Part shown: positions 8,008-17,624 of the stretch, one piece after another
Layout of the letters: each line of letters opens with the position of its first letter
Position numbering within the stretch: position 1 is the stretch's first letter
NCBI GenBank assembly: GCA_050302075.1
Contig: JBNLAH010000003.1
Location: 32,001-96,000, forward strand
Source: Parachlamydiales bacterium
GTDB taxonomy: Bacteria > Chlamydiota > Chlamydiia > Chlamydiales > SM23-39
Direction: 5' to 3'
Length of the DNA: 64,000 nucleotides
Translations under genes and position numbers: made by a program
Notes under the pieces: generated by a model
The model's database searches: none
What the model saw: the letters and a program-made list of their open reading frames with translations, nothing else
Told to the model about the DNA's origin: nothing

Positions 8008-10173
8008 TCAACTTACAAGCTTTTTTTGCTTTTGATGGTTGTTAAAAGGTTTATAATAGCCTTGGTATTGACTAAAAAAGCCCCTTAGTAAAGAAGGAGC
8101 TAAGTCCATTAATACCATAAAGTCTTTTAACTTTTGCTCAAATAATGGCAACCTTTCATAATCTAATTTTTTATACTCGCATAAAAAATAGATAGCAGCT
8201 GACAATGCTATCATATCAAAGTAACTTTGTTTACTCGGCTCTATGTTAAGCCTACTCTCATAAATTTGCATACAACACCCTAAAAACTCATTTAACTCAT
8301 AGCCTTCTATTTTCGATGCATCTGTTAATTTTTTGTTTTTAGTTTTTACATAAACAAAAAAAGCACCGAGTAAACACTTGTTAGTTATTTGAAAAAGTGC
8401 ACTCTTATCACTTTGTAGCATCGCAATTATTTGTAATTTTGATTCAACATAAATACTAAGCGAATTTAAATTAACATGATTTGGATGAAACAAATAAATC
8501 ATAATTTCATATGCAAAAGATGAATTTAAGAATTTAGATTCAGCATCTAAAAGCGTTTCATTTTGAGCTAGTTTCTTTGAAATCTCATCTTTAATTGCCT
8601 TAGCCCTTTTTAAAAGATTTTCATCGATTAACATCAGGGCCGTCTTAAAATCAAAGATACTGGCTATAAGTTCCACTTCTTTTGAATTAGAAACCATTTG
8701 ACCTTGCGCTGAACTAGAGGTTATAGCTGATGCAGAAGGCACATCTACATTCTGAATTTCTAAGGTGTTGCTATCAACTTCAATGGATTTTGATATGGAA
8801 GATATTTCTATAGAACTTGCGAGTGAGTCTAACCTTTTGATAGCTTCAATGGTATCTTCATCTAACTCAACTTCCTGAGATATTATTTTAATATTCGACA
8901 AAACATCTTTAAAATAATTAGTTTCAACTCTTTGTAGATAAATTCCCTCTAATTGCTCTTTTGTCATATTATCTAACTCATCTGCAGTTATATCTTTTAA
9001 TCTTTCACCTTCTTTGCAGCGAGCTTGATTAAGCCTAAAAGCTAGAAAAACCTCTAAACACGAGAACTTAATATAAATTTTTAAAAACTTTGGTAGGAAT
9101 TTTTTATAATAAGCATAGTCTACGCAATCCTTTTTTTTATTTTTAAAATAAAAACATATAAGAGCCAAAGAGCTGTTAGATTTTATAAATAACGCAGGAT
9201 CTGGTGTTAGAATGGGAAGTGGCTTTGAACCGCTCTCTTTACTATATTTGAAATAAAAAGCTCTTACTAAAGTCCATTCTGATAGTATGCTTTTAAAAAG
9301 ATGTATCAAATTTCTTTGATGAGGTAATTTTTTAAATTCTTTAATTGTAGCTTCTAGCTGCTTTAATGAAACATCAGGCAAATAAAGATCATATAATTTT
9401 CTATCCAATTCATACATCTCATTGATATTTAAAAGGTTATATTTGCATAAAAAGTAAATAGATGCTGCAACCGCTTGTACTTGAATATAATCAATTTCAT
9501 CTTCTTGCATGCTAAATCTTTGGTTATAGATTATTTGAGATGCCCAAATTAATTTATGGATATCTATCGTGTCTAAGATAAAACAACCATCAACATCTTC
9601 AAAAATTTGAATTGCAATTAAATAAGCTCCAAATAAAACCTTTGGAGGGGGCCATTTCGGATCTTTTTCAACAGCAAAGTCTCGGCTTTCTTTTGACCTC
9701 AACATTTTCTTTATTTTTGTTAGGTCTTTAAACAGCCTATTATGGTTCATAACCGATTTAATCTGCCCGCGAGAATAATAGAGCATCATTGCATCATAAA
9801 AAGATAACGAGATCATGAATTTTTGTTGCTCTTCTGTATAGTTACCCTGACTTTTCATTTTAATGCTATTAAGCATTATGAAAGATTTTTGAGCTAAAAT
9901 ACGATCTTCAGAAAACAGCGCAACTTTAATATCTAATAATTTTGAGCAACTTTTTAACTGCCTACTAGTACCAGTTAAAGATGTAATATCTATAACCTCT
10001 CTAGATTCCAAAATTGTTTGAAAATCTTTTTTATTATTTCTAAAGTCTAATAAGTTAGAAAAAACATCTTCAAAAATTTTACTTGCTTTAGTTGGAAGAG
10101 TTGGAATAGCCACCTTTGGAAAATCTTCCAATTTAATGTCTTCACTATTTTCAACCCTCTGAATACAATTCAT
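8008..10173 (-). CDS. Hypothetical alpha-helical protein with internal duplication (possible secreted effector)
   Basis: 721-aa ORF; repeated motifs AVAASIYFLCKY / ALSAAIYFLCEY and LFGAYLI / LLGAFFV separated by a Ser-rich linker; no recognisable family. Confidence 0.7.
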   Translation of the reverse strand: MNCIQRVENSEDIKLEDFPKVAIPTLPTKASKIFEDVFSNLLDFRNNKKDFQTILESREVIDITSLTGTSRQLKSCSKLLDIKVALFSEDRILAQKSFIMLNSIKMKSQGNYTEEQQKFMISLSFYDAMMLYYSRGQIKSVMNHNRLFKDLTKIKKMLRSKESRDFAVEKDPKWPPPKVLFGAYLIAIQIFEDVDGCFILDTIDIHKLIWASQIIYNQRFSMQEDEIDYIQVQAVAASIYFLCKYNLLNINEMYELDRKLYDLYLPDVSLKQLEATIKEFKKLPHQRNLIHLFKSILSEWTLVRAFYFKYSKESGSKPLPILTPDPALFIKSNSSLALICFYFKNKKKDCVDYAYYKKFLPKFLKIYIKFSCLEVFLAFRLNQARCKEGERLKDITADELDNMTKEQLEGIYLQRVETNYFKDVLSNIKIISQEVELDEDTIEAIKRLDSLASSIEISSISKSIEVDSNTLEIQNVDVPSASAITSSSAQGQMVSNSKEVELIASIFDFKTALMLIDENLLKRAKAIKDEISKKLAQNETLLDAESKFLNSSFAYEIMIYLFHPNHVNLNSLSIYVESKLQIIAMLQSDKSALFQITNKCLLGAFFVYVKTKNKKLTDASKIEGYELNEFLGCCMQIYESRLNIEPSKQSYFDMIALSAAIYFLCEYKKLDYERLPLFEQKLKDFMVLMDLAPSLLRGFFSQYQGYYKPFNNHQKQKKLVS

Positions 10174-10252
10174 TTTTTCTTAAATTTTTTTATTAAGATG
10201 AATTTCTATAGCAATTAGCAGAAAAAAATCAAGCCGTAAATTCAGCATAACT

Positions 10253-10275
10253 AAAAGGGAGCAAGTATGCTCCCT
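10253..10275 (-). terminator. Intrinsic terminator after outer-membrane protein copy 1
   Basis: AGGGAGCA-AGTA-TGCTCCCT hairpin with an A-run on its left. Confidence 0.75.
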
Positions 10276-10286
10276 AATTTAGAACA

Positions 10287-11324
10287 TTAGAAATCGAATC
10301 TAGCACCAACATTTAAACCGTGAGACAAGACTGATCTTCTCCAGTTAAATAAATCTGTTGGGACTGTTGCATCTGTTGAAACATTGTACTCTTCTAAGTA
10401 AGAGACAAAGTTTGGCCAGTAGTGCAATTCATATCCAAGCTTTAGTCCAAAATAGTAACAGCATTTACAAAAATGCTTTCCCCAAGTAAGACCTAAGCCT
10501 GCTTGAGCATTCATTTGGAAATCTGTGTCTTTATAGTTTTGAGTAAGTGTTGATGTACTTGCAAAGTTAGTTGCAGTATCAAACAACGTTGACTCATCTC
10601 TGATTCTATAGTTTTTTTGCCCGATCAATGCTGAGAATGAAGAGTTTCCATATAAGCCGAATCCCCAACATAAATCAACATTCATGTCCATACCAGTGTG
10701 TAGACCAACACCTAAATTAAAATGATGGTTTACATCAACATGGTGTGTTTGTGGGAAACCTACAACAGAGTTCTCTGCTACATAGTCAACTCTTAAATCT
10801 GTTTTTACCCAAGCAAACCTAACACCTACAAATGGGCTAAAAGAATATCTTGAGCATGTGTATACTGTATTAAAATCAAAGTCCAACATTCTCATTTTGA
10901 AGCGGTTTTTTGCACTAGCAGAAAGACTTAAAAGTCCTGTTGTGTCCCCTTCAAATGGATCGTTTAAAAGCCAGTAAGCAGATATTGAATTGCTGATATT
11001 AGAACTTGATGTCACGTTCCCAACTGAAAATGAATCTGTTCCATCAGTGCTATACTGGGTGTACTTTGCTGTTCCAAAAGAGCAGTTAGAAAAGTAAACT
11101 CCCAAAGCTACTCTAAATCCTGAATCAGCAGACAAAGGCACATTATGGATATTTGAGCTATATGTATTTATAGCATTTCCTGTCCCTATAGAAAATGGCG
11201 GAACTCTGTACCTTTCACTTGCATATGGTGTTAAGCTATATGTTTTAAGGTATAAATACTCACCTTCCACAAATGCCCAGCCACATTTCACAGGTAGTGG
11301 AAGACCAAAACAACATCTTTTGTA
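10287..11324. repeat. ~1038-bp direct repeat, copy A (partner 13042-14079)
   Basis: By-eye comparison at offset 2755 found three substitutions (T/A codon near the C-terminus, N/Y codon, one synonymous). Confidence 0.9.
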
Positions 11325-11519
11325 ATTTTCATCACAGCCACACCTTGGCTCATAACATAAACTGCTACTTTTACTAGCTTGCCAGTCTTGCATATCAACT
11401 TTATCGTTGTTTTTTGACCTTGCTGATATGTCAAATTCAAAATCATTATCTTCTGCAAAACCGAAAGTCGCAAAAAACAATCCAATAGCTAGAGGAACTT
11501 TAAAAAACTGTTTCATCAC
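10287..11519 (-). CDS. Beta-barrel outer-membrane protein, Lpg1974/MOMP-like family (copy 1)
   Basis: Signal peptide, EGEYLYLK, SGFRVALG, FSPFVGVRFAWV, GYELHYWPN, C-terminal GARFDF with terminal Phe; Cys clusters. Confidence 0.8.
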   Translation of the reverse strand: MMKQFFKVPLAIGLFFATFGFAEDNDFEFDISARSKNNDKVDMQDWQASKSSSLCYEPRCGCDENYKRCCFGLPLPVKCGWAFVEGEYLYLKTYSLTPYASERYRVPPFSIGTGNAINTYSSNIHNVPLSADSGFRVALGVYFSNCSFGTAKYTQYSTDGTDSFSVGNVTSSSNISNSISAYWLLNDPFEGDTTGLLSLSASAKNRFKMRMLDFDFNTVYTCSRYSFSPFVGVRFAWVKTDLRVDYVAENSVVGFPQTHHVDVNHHFNLGVGLHTGMDMNVDLCWGFGLYGNSSFSALIGQKNYRIRDESTLFDTATNFASTSTLTQNYKDTDFQMNAQAGLGLTWGKHFCKCCYYFGLKLGYELHYWPNFVSYLEEYNVSTDATVPTDLFNWRRSVLSHGLNVGARFDF

Positions 11520-11613
11520 CTTTTGTAACCTTATTTCTTAAATTTTACGCTTGGTTTAAGTTACTTAATATAAAGTAAAAATTTCAATAAATTATTTCCT
11601 TTAAACAAACTCC

Positions 11614-12879
11614 TTAAAAATCAAAACGAATTCCTGCATTCAGGCCATGTGAAAATACAGTTCTTTTCCAAACGAAAGTATCTCTTGGAATCGAATTAGC
11701 ACCTACTGCATTAGAATTTAAATAAGTTAAAAAATTTGGCCAAAATATTGCTTCATAGCCGACCTTGATACCGGCATAATAAGCACATTTACAAAAATGA
11801 GCTCCCCAGTGGAATCCACATCCAAAAGAACCCGAAAATTGAACATCTGTTTGTTTATAATTTTCTGTTACTCTTGAACGAACCGGGCCTGAATCATTTA
11901 GTAAAAGGATATCGCGTATTCGAAAGTTTCTTTGTCCAACTATAGCAGAAAATGATGACGAAGTATAAAAATTCAAATTCCAGCATAGATCTAAATTCAT
12001 ATCAATTCCAGTATGAAACCCAGCTCCTAAGTTAAAATGCTGGCTGACATCAATATGGTGGCCTTGTTCAAAGTCTAAAGTTGGATCAATATATTTATAA
12101 TCTACGAATAAATCTGTTTTAACCCATGCTACTCTAGCCCCAACAAATGGATTAATTGAAAGATTAGAGCAAGTGATTGCTCTGTAGAAATCAAAGTCTA
12201 TTACCTTCATCCTGAATCTATTGGCAGCATTACTGTTTACTTGGGTGACATTATTTAAATCAGTTGGGCCACCTCTTGTCGCAAGCAGCCAAAAAATAGT
12301 TAGACCAGATCTATTGGGAGCCGCCGCTGAATCTATATTGTCTACAGAAACACTGGCCTTTCCATCTGTTTCAAATTGGGTATATTTGGCTGTAAAGTAA
12401 GAGCAGGAAGAAAAATATATTCCCAAGCATGCTCTATAACCTGAATTAGCATCTAAAGGGACAAATAAATCCTCTGAGTCATATTCAGTTGCACTTCCAA
12501 TCGTTGGAGGAGGAACCTGCCTCCTAACTCCTAAAAATGGAGTTAAGCTATATGTTTTAAGGTATAGATATTCACCTTCGAGAAAGACCATACCACACCT
12601 TGCCGGTAAAGGCAGTGGGTAACAACACCTTGTATAAGGCTCACAGCAGCTTTTTGTCATACATAGAGAAGATTCTTTTTGCTTAGTTTGTTTTAATTTT
12701 TTTTCACTTCTTTCACTGCTTTCCTTTTTTTTAACATCTTCAATTGAAAAAAAACCTTTGTCTGACAAGTCTGCATTCTCAGTCAGTGTTTTATCCGGAG
12801 CTTTATTTTCTACTTTGATATCGACTTCTTCTGCAAAAATTGCACTAAAAAAGAAAAATGCTGTAAATAGTGTTCTCAT
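11614..12879 (-). CDS. Beta-barrel outer-membrane protein, Lpg1974/MOMP-like family (copy 2, divergent)
   Basis: Same motifs as its neighbours (EGEYLYLKTYSLTP, NPFVGARVAWVKTDL, GYEAIFWPNF, GIRFDF) with clearly diverged loops. Confidence 0.8.
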   Translation of the reverse strand: MRTLFTAFFFFSAIFAEEVDIKVENKAPDKTLTENADLSDKGFFSIEDVKKKESSERSEKKLKQTKQKESSLCMTKSCCEPYTRCCYPLPLPARCGMVFLEGEYLYLKTYSLTPFLGVRRQVPPPTIGSATEYDSEDLFVPLDANSGYRACLGIYFSSCSYFTAKYTQFETDGKASVSVDNIDSAAAPNRSGLTIFWLLATRGGPTDLNNVTQVNSNAANRFRMKVIDFDFYRAITCSNLSINPFVGARVAWVKTDLFVDYKYIDPTLDFEQGHHIDVSQHFNLGAGFHTGIDMNLDLCWNLNFYTSSSFSAIVGQRNFRIRDILLLNDSGPVRSRVTENYKQTDVQFSGSFGCGFHWGAHFCKCAYYAGIKVGYEAIFWPNFLTYLNSNAVGANSIPRDTFVWKRTVFSHGLNAGIRFDF

Positions 12880-12997
12880 AGCTACCTTTAGTATTTAAAA
12901 AAGACAAATACTAAAAGTAAGTTAGGGGTCAATTTATTTCAAAGAAGATCTTATAATTTTTATTTTAAACTTATGAGAAAATTTATTAGACAAAGAC

Positions 12998-13026
12998 AAA
13001 AAGGGACCCTAAGAAAAAGGGTCCCT
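12998..13026 (-). terminator. Intrinsic terminator after outer-membrane protein copy 3
   Basis: AGGGACCCT-AAGAAAA-AGGGTCCCT hairpin with an A-run on its left. Confidence 0.8.
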
Positions 13027-13041
13027 ATGCTTAAAGTTACG

Positions 13042-14079
13042 TTAGAAATCGAATCTAGCACCAACATTTAAACCGTGAGACAAGACTGATCTTCTCCAGT
13101 TAAATAAATCTGCTGGGACTGTTGCATCTGTTGAAACATTGTACTCTTCTAAGTAAGAGACAAAGTTTGGCCAGTAGTGCAATTCATATCCAAGCTTTAG
13201 TCCAAAATAGTAACAGCATTTACAAAAATGCTTTCCCCAAGTAAGACCTAAGCCTGCTTGAGCATTCATTTGGAAATCTGTGTCTTTATAGTTTTGAGTA
13301 AGTGTTGATGTACTTGCAAAGTTAGTTGCAGTATCAAACAACGTTGACTCATCTCTGATTCTATAGTATTTTTGCCCGATCAATGCTGAGAATGAAGAGT
13401 TTCCATATAAGCCGAATCCCCAACATAAATCAACATTCATGTCCATACCAGTGTGTAGACCAACACCTAAATTAAAATGATGGTTTACATCAACATGGTG
13501 TGTTTGTGGGAAACCTACAACAGAGTTCTCTGCTACATAGTCAACTCTTAAATCTGTTTTTACCCAAGCAAACCTAACACCTACAAATGGGCTAAAAGAA
13601 TATCTTGAGCATGTGTATACTGTATTAAAATCAAAGTCCAACATTCTCATTTTGAAGCGGTTTTTTGCACTAGCAGAAAGACTTAAAAGTCCTGTTGTGT
13701 CCCCTTCAAATGGATCGTTTAAAAGCCAGTAAGCAGATATTGAATTGCTGATATTAGAACTTGATGTCACATTCCCAACTGAAAATGAATCTGTTCCATC
13801 AGTGCTATACTGGGTGTACTTTGCTGTTCCAAAAGAGCAGTTAGAAAAGTAAACTCCCAAAGCTACTCTAAATCCTGAATCAGCAGACAAAGGCACATTA
13901 TGGATATTTGAGCTATATGTATTTATAGCATTTCCTGTCCCTATAGAAAATGGCGGAACTCTGTACCTTTCACTTGCATATGGTGTTAAGCTATATGTTT
14001 TAAGGTATAAATACTCACCTTCCACAAATGCCCAGCCACATTTCACAGGTAGTGGAAGACCAAAACAACATCTTTTGTA
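13042..14079. repeat. ~1038-bp direct repeat, copy B (partner 10287-11324)
   Basis: Identity starts exactly at the stop codon and decays around the CGCDE(N/D)YKR codons. Confidence 0.9.
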
Positions 14080-14301
14080 GTCTTCATCACAGCCACATCT
14101 TGGCTCAAAACATAATGAATCATCTTCTTGATTCATCGTTTGTCTATTACCGTTCATCATGTCACGATTATTCATATTACGTGACTTTTTGTTTGATCTT
14201 GCGACCACGGCCCCACTTTCATAATCATTACTTTGAGCAAAAGTTAAACTCATGAAAAGAAATGAGGCTAAAAAAGGTAATTTATATAGAATACCCCTCA
14301 T
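13042..14301 (-). CDS. Beta-barrel outer-membrane protein, Lpg1974/MOMP-like family (copy 3)
   Basis: Barrel nearly identical to copy 1, N-terminus unrelated. Start ATG 14301 (MRGILYK) has a GAGGAGG RBS; the ORF track starts at 14352. Confidence 0.8.
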   Translation of the reverse strand: MRGILYKLPFLASFLFMSLTFAQSNDYESGAVVARSNKKSRNMNNRDMMNGNRQTMNQEDDSLCFEPRCGCDEDYKRCCFGLPLPVKCGWAFVEGEYLYLKTYSLTPYASERYRVPPFSIGTGNAINTYSSNIHNVPLSADSGFRVALGVYFSNCSFGTAKYTQYSTDGTDSFSVGNVTSSSNISNSISAYWLLNDPFEGDTTGLLSLSASAKNRFKMRMLDFDFNTVYTCSRYSFSPFVGVRFAWVKTDLRVDYVAENSVVGFPQTHHVDVNHHFNLGVGLHTGMDMNVDLCWGFGLYGNSSFSALIGQKYYRIRDESTLFDTATNFASTSTLTQNYKDTDFQMNAQAGLGLTWGKHFCKCCYYFGLKLGYELHYWPNFVSYLEEYNVSTDATVPADLFNWRRSVLSHGLNVGARFDF

Positions 14302-14421
14302 AAAAATCCTCCTCGTTTTCTTTCCGTTTATCATAAAAAGTAATTTTATCAAGAAAAAAAATAAAAATAATTTGATATTTTTGAAAAAAATAAAATTAAA
14401 ACTACAAAAAGATAATCTAAT

Positions 14422-15819
14422 TTAGGACTTTTTTCTTTTAGATGAAGCTTTTGTTTTGTACTCTTTTAGAGTCTTTTTTACCTCTTTAGCATGATCTAGC
14501 ATGGGAAGTGGATATGAGCACTTATCATGATGTTTTCCCAAATACCACTGGTGTATTTCTTTATAATCCAAATTAACAAGTTCTAAAACCCACTTTTTAA
14601 TATATAAACATTTAGGATCTATTTTTAGTGCCTGAGTCCAAGGATTAAATACTCTGAAGTAAGGCTGCGCATCACATCCTGTACTGGCAGCCCACTGCCA
14701 ATTACCATTATTAACAGCAGGGTCGTAGTCTATAAGAGTTCTTGCAAAGTATTTTTCACCCCATCTCCAATCAATATGTAGGTCCTTAACAAGAAAACTA
14801 GCTACAATCATACGAGTTCTATTATGCATAAACCCAGTCTGGTTCATTTCTCGCATACCGGCATCTACAATTGGAAATCCCGTATTGCCTTCGCACCACT
14901 TTTTAAATTTTGCCTTATTATTTTCCCACTTAATGTTATTAAATTTATGGTTAAAAGCACCTTTAAATACATGAGGGTAATAAAAAGCAACATTTGTAAA
15001 AAAGTCTCTCCAATATAAAGATCTTAAAAGCTCTGAGCTACTTCCTAACTGTCTTAATATAGCATGATACACCTCTCTTATTGAGCATGTTGTAAATTTT
15101 AAATGAGCTGAAAGATGAGTGGTTTTGTCAGGGTATGGAAAATCTCGATCTATGCTATATTTTGAAAACTTCTTTAGGTTTTTTAAAATTTTCAATGCTT
15201 CAGACCTTCCTCCTTTAGCTTGTTCGAAGCGCTTTGGTAAAACTTTTTTATTTAAGCTATTGTCTTTAGCAAAAGGAATAGTTTTCGAATAATAGTTATT
15301 ATAACGATTATTTATAGGAGGTAAAACATCAAGCTTAGATGCATTTCGATAAAAAGGAGTAAAGATAGAGTAAGGTTTTTTATCTTTTTTTAAAGTTTTT
15401 TCAACTGGAACCAATAGGGCATCGTCCGTAGAGTGAAGGTCGACCTTATACTTTGTACATGCGGCCTTGATTTTCTTATCTCTTTCGATGCTATACGGTG
15501 TATAGTCCCTATTAATAAAGACTGCTTCTATTTTCAGTTTTTCTATGCATTCAGACACTACTTTCTCAGGAGCTCCCCAAAACAAATAAAGCTTGCCTTT
15601 TTTAGCATTTAATTCCTTTTCCAAATCTTCCAATGACTCAATCATAAATTGTAGGCAACGGTCACTTCGATATTGATTATGTTTAATTTGCTCTGGAGTG
15701 AAGATAAATGAGCAAATGACTTCTTTAGAATTATTGAGAGCTAAGATTAACCCTCTATTATCTTGAATCCTCAGATCTCTTCTAAAGATGAACAACGATC
15801 TTTGATATTTTTTTTCCAC
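14422..15819 (-). CDS. phrB: Deoxyribodipyrimidine photolyase / cryptochrome family protein
   Basis: FRRDLRIQDN, LYWRDFF, GNTGFPIVDAGMREMNQTGFMHNRTRMIVASFL, NNGNWQWAASTGCDAQPYFRVFNP. Confidence 0.92.
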   Translation of the reverse strand: MEKKYQRSLFIFRRDLRIQDNRGLILALNNSKEVICSFIFTPEQIKHNQYRSDRCLQFMIESLEDLEKELNAKKGKLYLFWGAPEKVVSECIEKLKIEAVFINRDYTPYSIERDKKIKAACTKYKVDLHSTDDALLVPVEKTLKKDKKPYSIFTPFYRNASKLDVLPPINNRYNNYYSKTIPFAKDNSLNKKVLPKRFEQAKGGRSEALKILKNLKKFSKYSIDRDFPYPDKTTHLSAHLKFTTCSIREVYHAILRQLGSSSELLRSLYWRDFFTNVAFYYPHVFKGAFNHKFNNIKWENNKAKFKKWCEGNTGFPIVDAGMREMNQTGFMHNRTRMIVASFLVKDLHIDWRWGEKYFARTLIDYDPAVNNGNWQWAASTGCDAQPYFRVFNPWTQALKIDPKCLYIKKWVLELVNLDYKEIHQWYLGKHHDKCSYPLPMLDHAKEVKKTLKEYKTKASSKRKKS

Positions 15820-15829
15820 AAGCTTGCCT

Positions 15830-16285
15830 TTAAATAGTATTCCACCTTTTTAAAGTTTTGAGCATGCTCTTTGCATGAGAGCCTTCCCAGTAAATTTTTT
15901 TGCATTTTTTACAAACTTTAAAATTATTGAGATCCTCTTTTACATGCGGAGGGATTTCCTCTAGTATCTCATCTTTATTAATTTTATTAAGGATATAATT
16001 ACATTTTAAACATCTTGAAAAAGGATGTAAAACCCAGTTAATTTTAAGCTTTTTATTAAGTTCTTTAACATTTTTTTCAAGCTCATTTGCGCTTAAAAAA
16101 ATCACATTCTTATTCATTTCAGAAAAAAAGCTGTCGCATGTAAGTAAGATTCTATTTTCTTTTACAGCTATATTTAACATTTGAACATCATCAACATGTT
16201 CGGCAATAAACAAGGTATCATAGCCAGCAGCCCTTAGCCATTTCCCTAGTTTAATTAACATTCTGTCGCATAAGAACTTAATCAT
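15830..16285 (-). CDS. Mut7-C RNase (PIN-like) domain protein
   Basis: FLCDRMLIKLGKWLRAAGYDT, ENRILLT, FSRCLKCN and CKKCKKIYWEGSH. Confidence 0.85.
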   Translation of the reverse strand: MIKFLCDRMLIKLGKWLRAAGYDTLFIAEHVDDVQMLNIAVKENRILLTCDSFFSEMNKNVIFLSANELEKNVKELNKKLKINWVLHPFSRCLKCNYILNKINKDEILEEIPPHVKEDLNNFKVCKKCKKIYWEGSHAKSMLKTLKRWNTI

Positions 16286-16320
16286 TCAAAAATTCTTTTC
16301 AATGTCATAAAGCTAAGTGA

Positions 16321-17160
16321 CTAGTTCATAACTATCTTTTGAAGATTCCATCTTTCATCTTTATCAGATGGAGAAAATAAACAAATCTCACCAAAATCAA
16401 TCTTTGCCTTTTCTCCAGTTAACAAAAAAGAGAGGCATTCAAAAACCATACTATGAGACACAATTATTTTGATACTTCCCTTAAACGACTTTTCTTTTAA
16501 AAGCTTATTAAAAGATTCATAAATCCTTCTTTTGAAAATTTCGTTTGTTTCAGCATCAGCCGGCAAAGTGCCCTCACTTTGATTTTCTTCTAATAACCTA
16601 AAGTCCCCAAAATAACGTTCATGTATATTAGGAAAAACCTGTTCAGTTTTTTCTAGTGCCTTAGCAATAGTTTCAGCTGTTTGCCTAGTTCTTCTAAGTT
16701 CGCTAGAAATCACTGCAACATCTTGTTTTACATATAAATCCTTTAATAATAAAGCTGCTTTTTCTGCCTGGATTTCTCCTTCTTTATTTAAAGGTAAATC
16801 CAAGGGACCTTGTTTTATAAGATCTTTATTCCAATCTGTTTTGCCATGCCTCACAAATAAAAACTCCTCTCTTGGAAATATGGCTCTTATCTTTTCAACC
16901 TCTTCTACAACTTTAAAAGGCATCTTTAATACCGGTTCTATTACTCGTCTCTGACCATCGTAAGTAATTTGGAAATTCCCAAAAGATAAGTGCTTTTTAA
17001 TCACCTCACTTATCGCTATATCTATATCTTCACGATCATCAGGAATATATACTAAGTATTCACCTTCAGAGTAACTTGATAAAAAAGATCTAAACTCACC
17101 AGAAAATTTCACTATAAAGCTTTTTGGACTTCTATTGCCTATTGATTGGAGTGCACTCAT
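16321..17160 (-). CDS. Histidine phosphatase (phosphoglycerate mutase-like) family protein with ~95-aa N-terminal extension
   Basis: FVRHGKTDWN, SSELRRTRQTA, ERYFG and IVSH motifs; GGAGG RBS. Confidence 0.85.
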   Translation of the reverse strand: MSALQSIGNRSPKSFIVKFSGEFRSFLSSYSEGEYLVYIPDDREDIDIAISEVIKKHLSFGNFQITYDGQRRVIEPVLKMPFKVVEEVEKIRAIFPREEFLFVRHGKTDWNKDLIKQGPLDLPLNKEGEIQAEKAALLLKDLYVKQDVAVISSELRRTRQTAETIAKALEKTEQVFPNIHERYFGDFRLLEENQSEGTLPADAETNEIFKRRIYESFNKLLKEKSFKGSIKIIVSHSMVFECLSFLLTGEKAKIDFGEICLFSPSDKDERWNLQKIVMN

Positions 17161-17253
17161 AAAAACCTCCTCATATATTTGTGAAAAAAATTTAATTGAT
17201 TTTATTTATGTGAAAAAACTAATTTTTTCAAAATTAAAAACAAAGGGCATTTT

Positions 17254-17532
17254 ATGAACTTTTATTCTTTTCCCACAGAAAGAAATCTTTTTGGCTGCCT
17301 GAGAAATCACTTTTCTATAGAAGAAAACTCTTCTGTAAATAAAGATACCATTCGTTTTGCAGCTTTTTTATTTGCAAACAAACAAAATGTTGAGCCTAAA
17401 AGAATCAGCGCTGGTGTTAGATCTGTGCTTATCAAATCTGGATTAGGTGCTGCACAAAAGAAAAGATTAGAAAATATACAGATAATTTTAGTCGAAGCTA
17501 TCAAAGATTGTGCCAAACAACAAAAAAAATAG
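17254..17532 (+). CDS. Small hypothetical protein, paralog of 18549-18848
   Basis: Shares YSFP(T/S)E..LF.C...H, (V/I)EP and AIKDCA motifs with the 99-aa ORF. Confidence 0.7.
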   Translation: MNFYSFPTERNLFGCLRNHFSIEENSSVNKDTIRFAAFLFANKQNVEPKRISAGVRSVLIKSGLGAAQKKRLENIQIILVEAIKDCAKQQKK

Positions 17533-17624
17533 TCCAAATTACTTTTGTAAGCTCTCTTTCATTATATGACTAAAATTATCGCTCTATTAAGCTTGATAAA
17601 GCCAAACATTTGACATTGTCAATA

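Noticed and set aside
10287..14352. Near-identical repeats as the template/variable repeats of a diversity-generating retroelement
   Set aside because: No reverse transcriptase in the window, the repeat is ~1 kb with both copies coding, and only three differences were found.
17307..17537. 76-aa minus-strand ORF
   Set aside because: Antisense to the 92-aa ORF, which is supported by a paralog.
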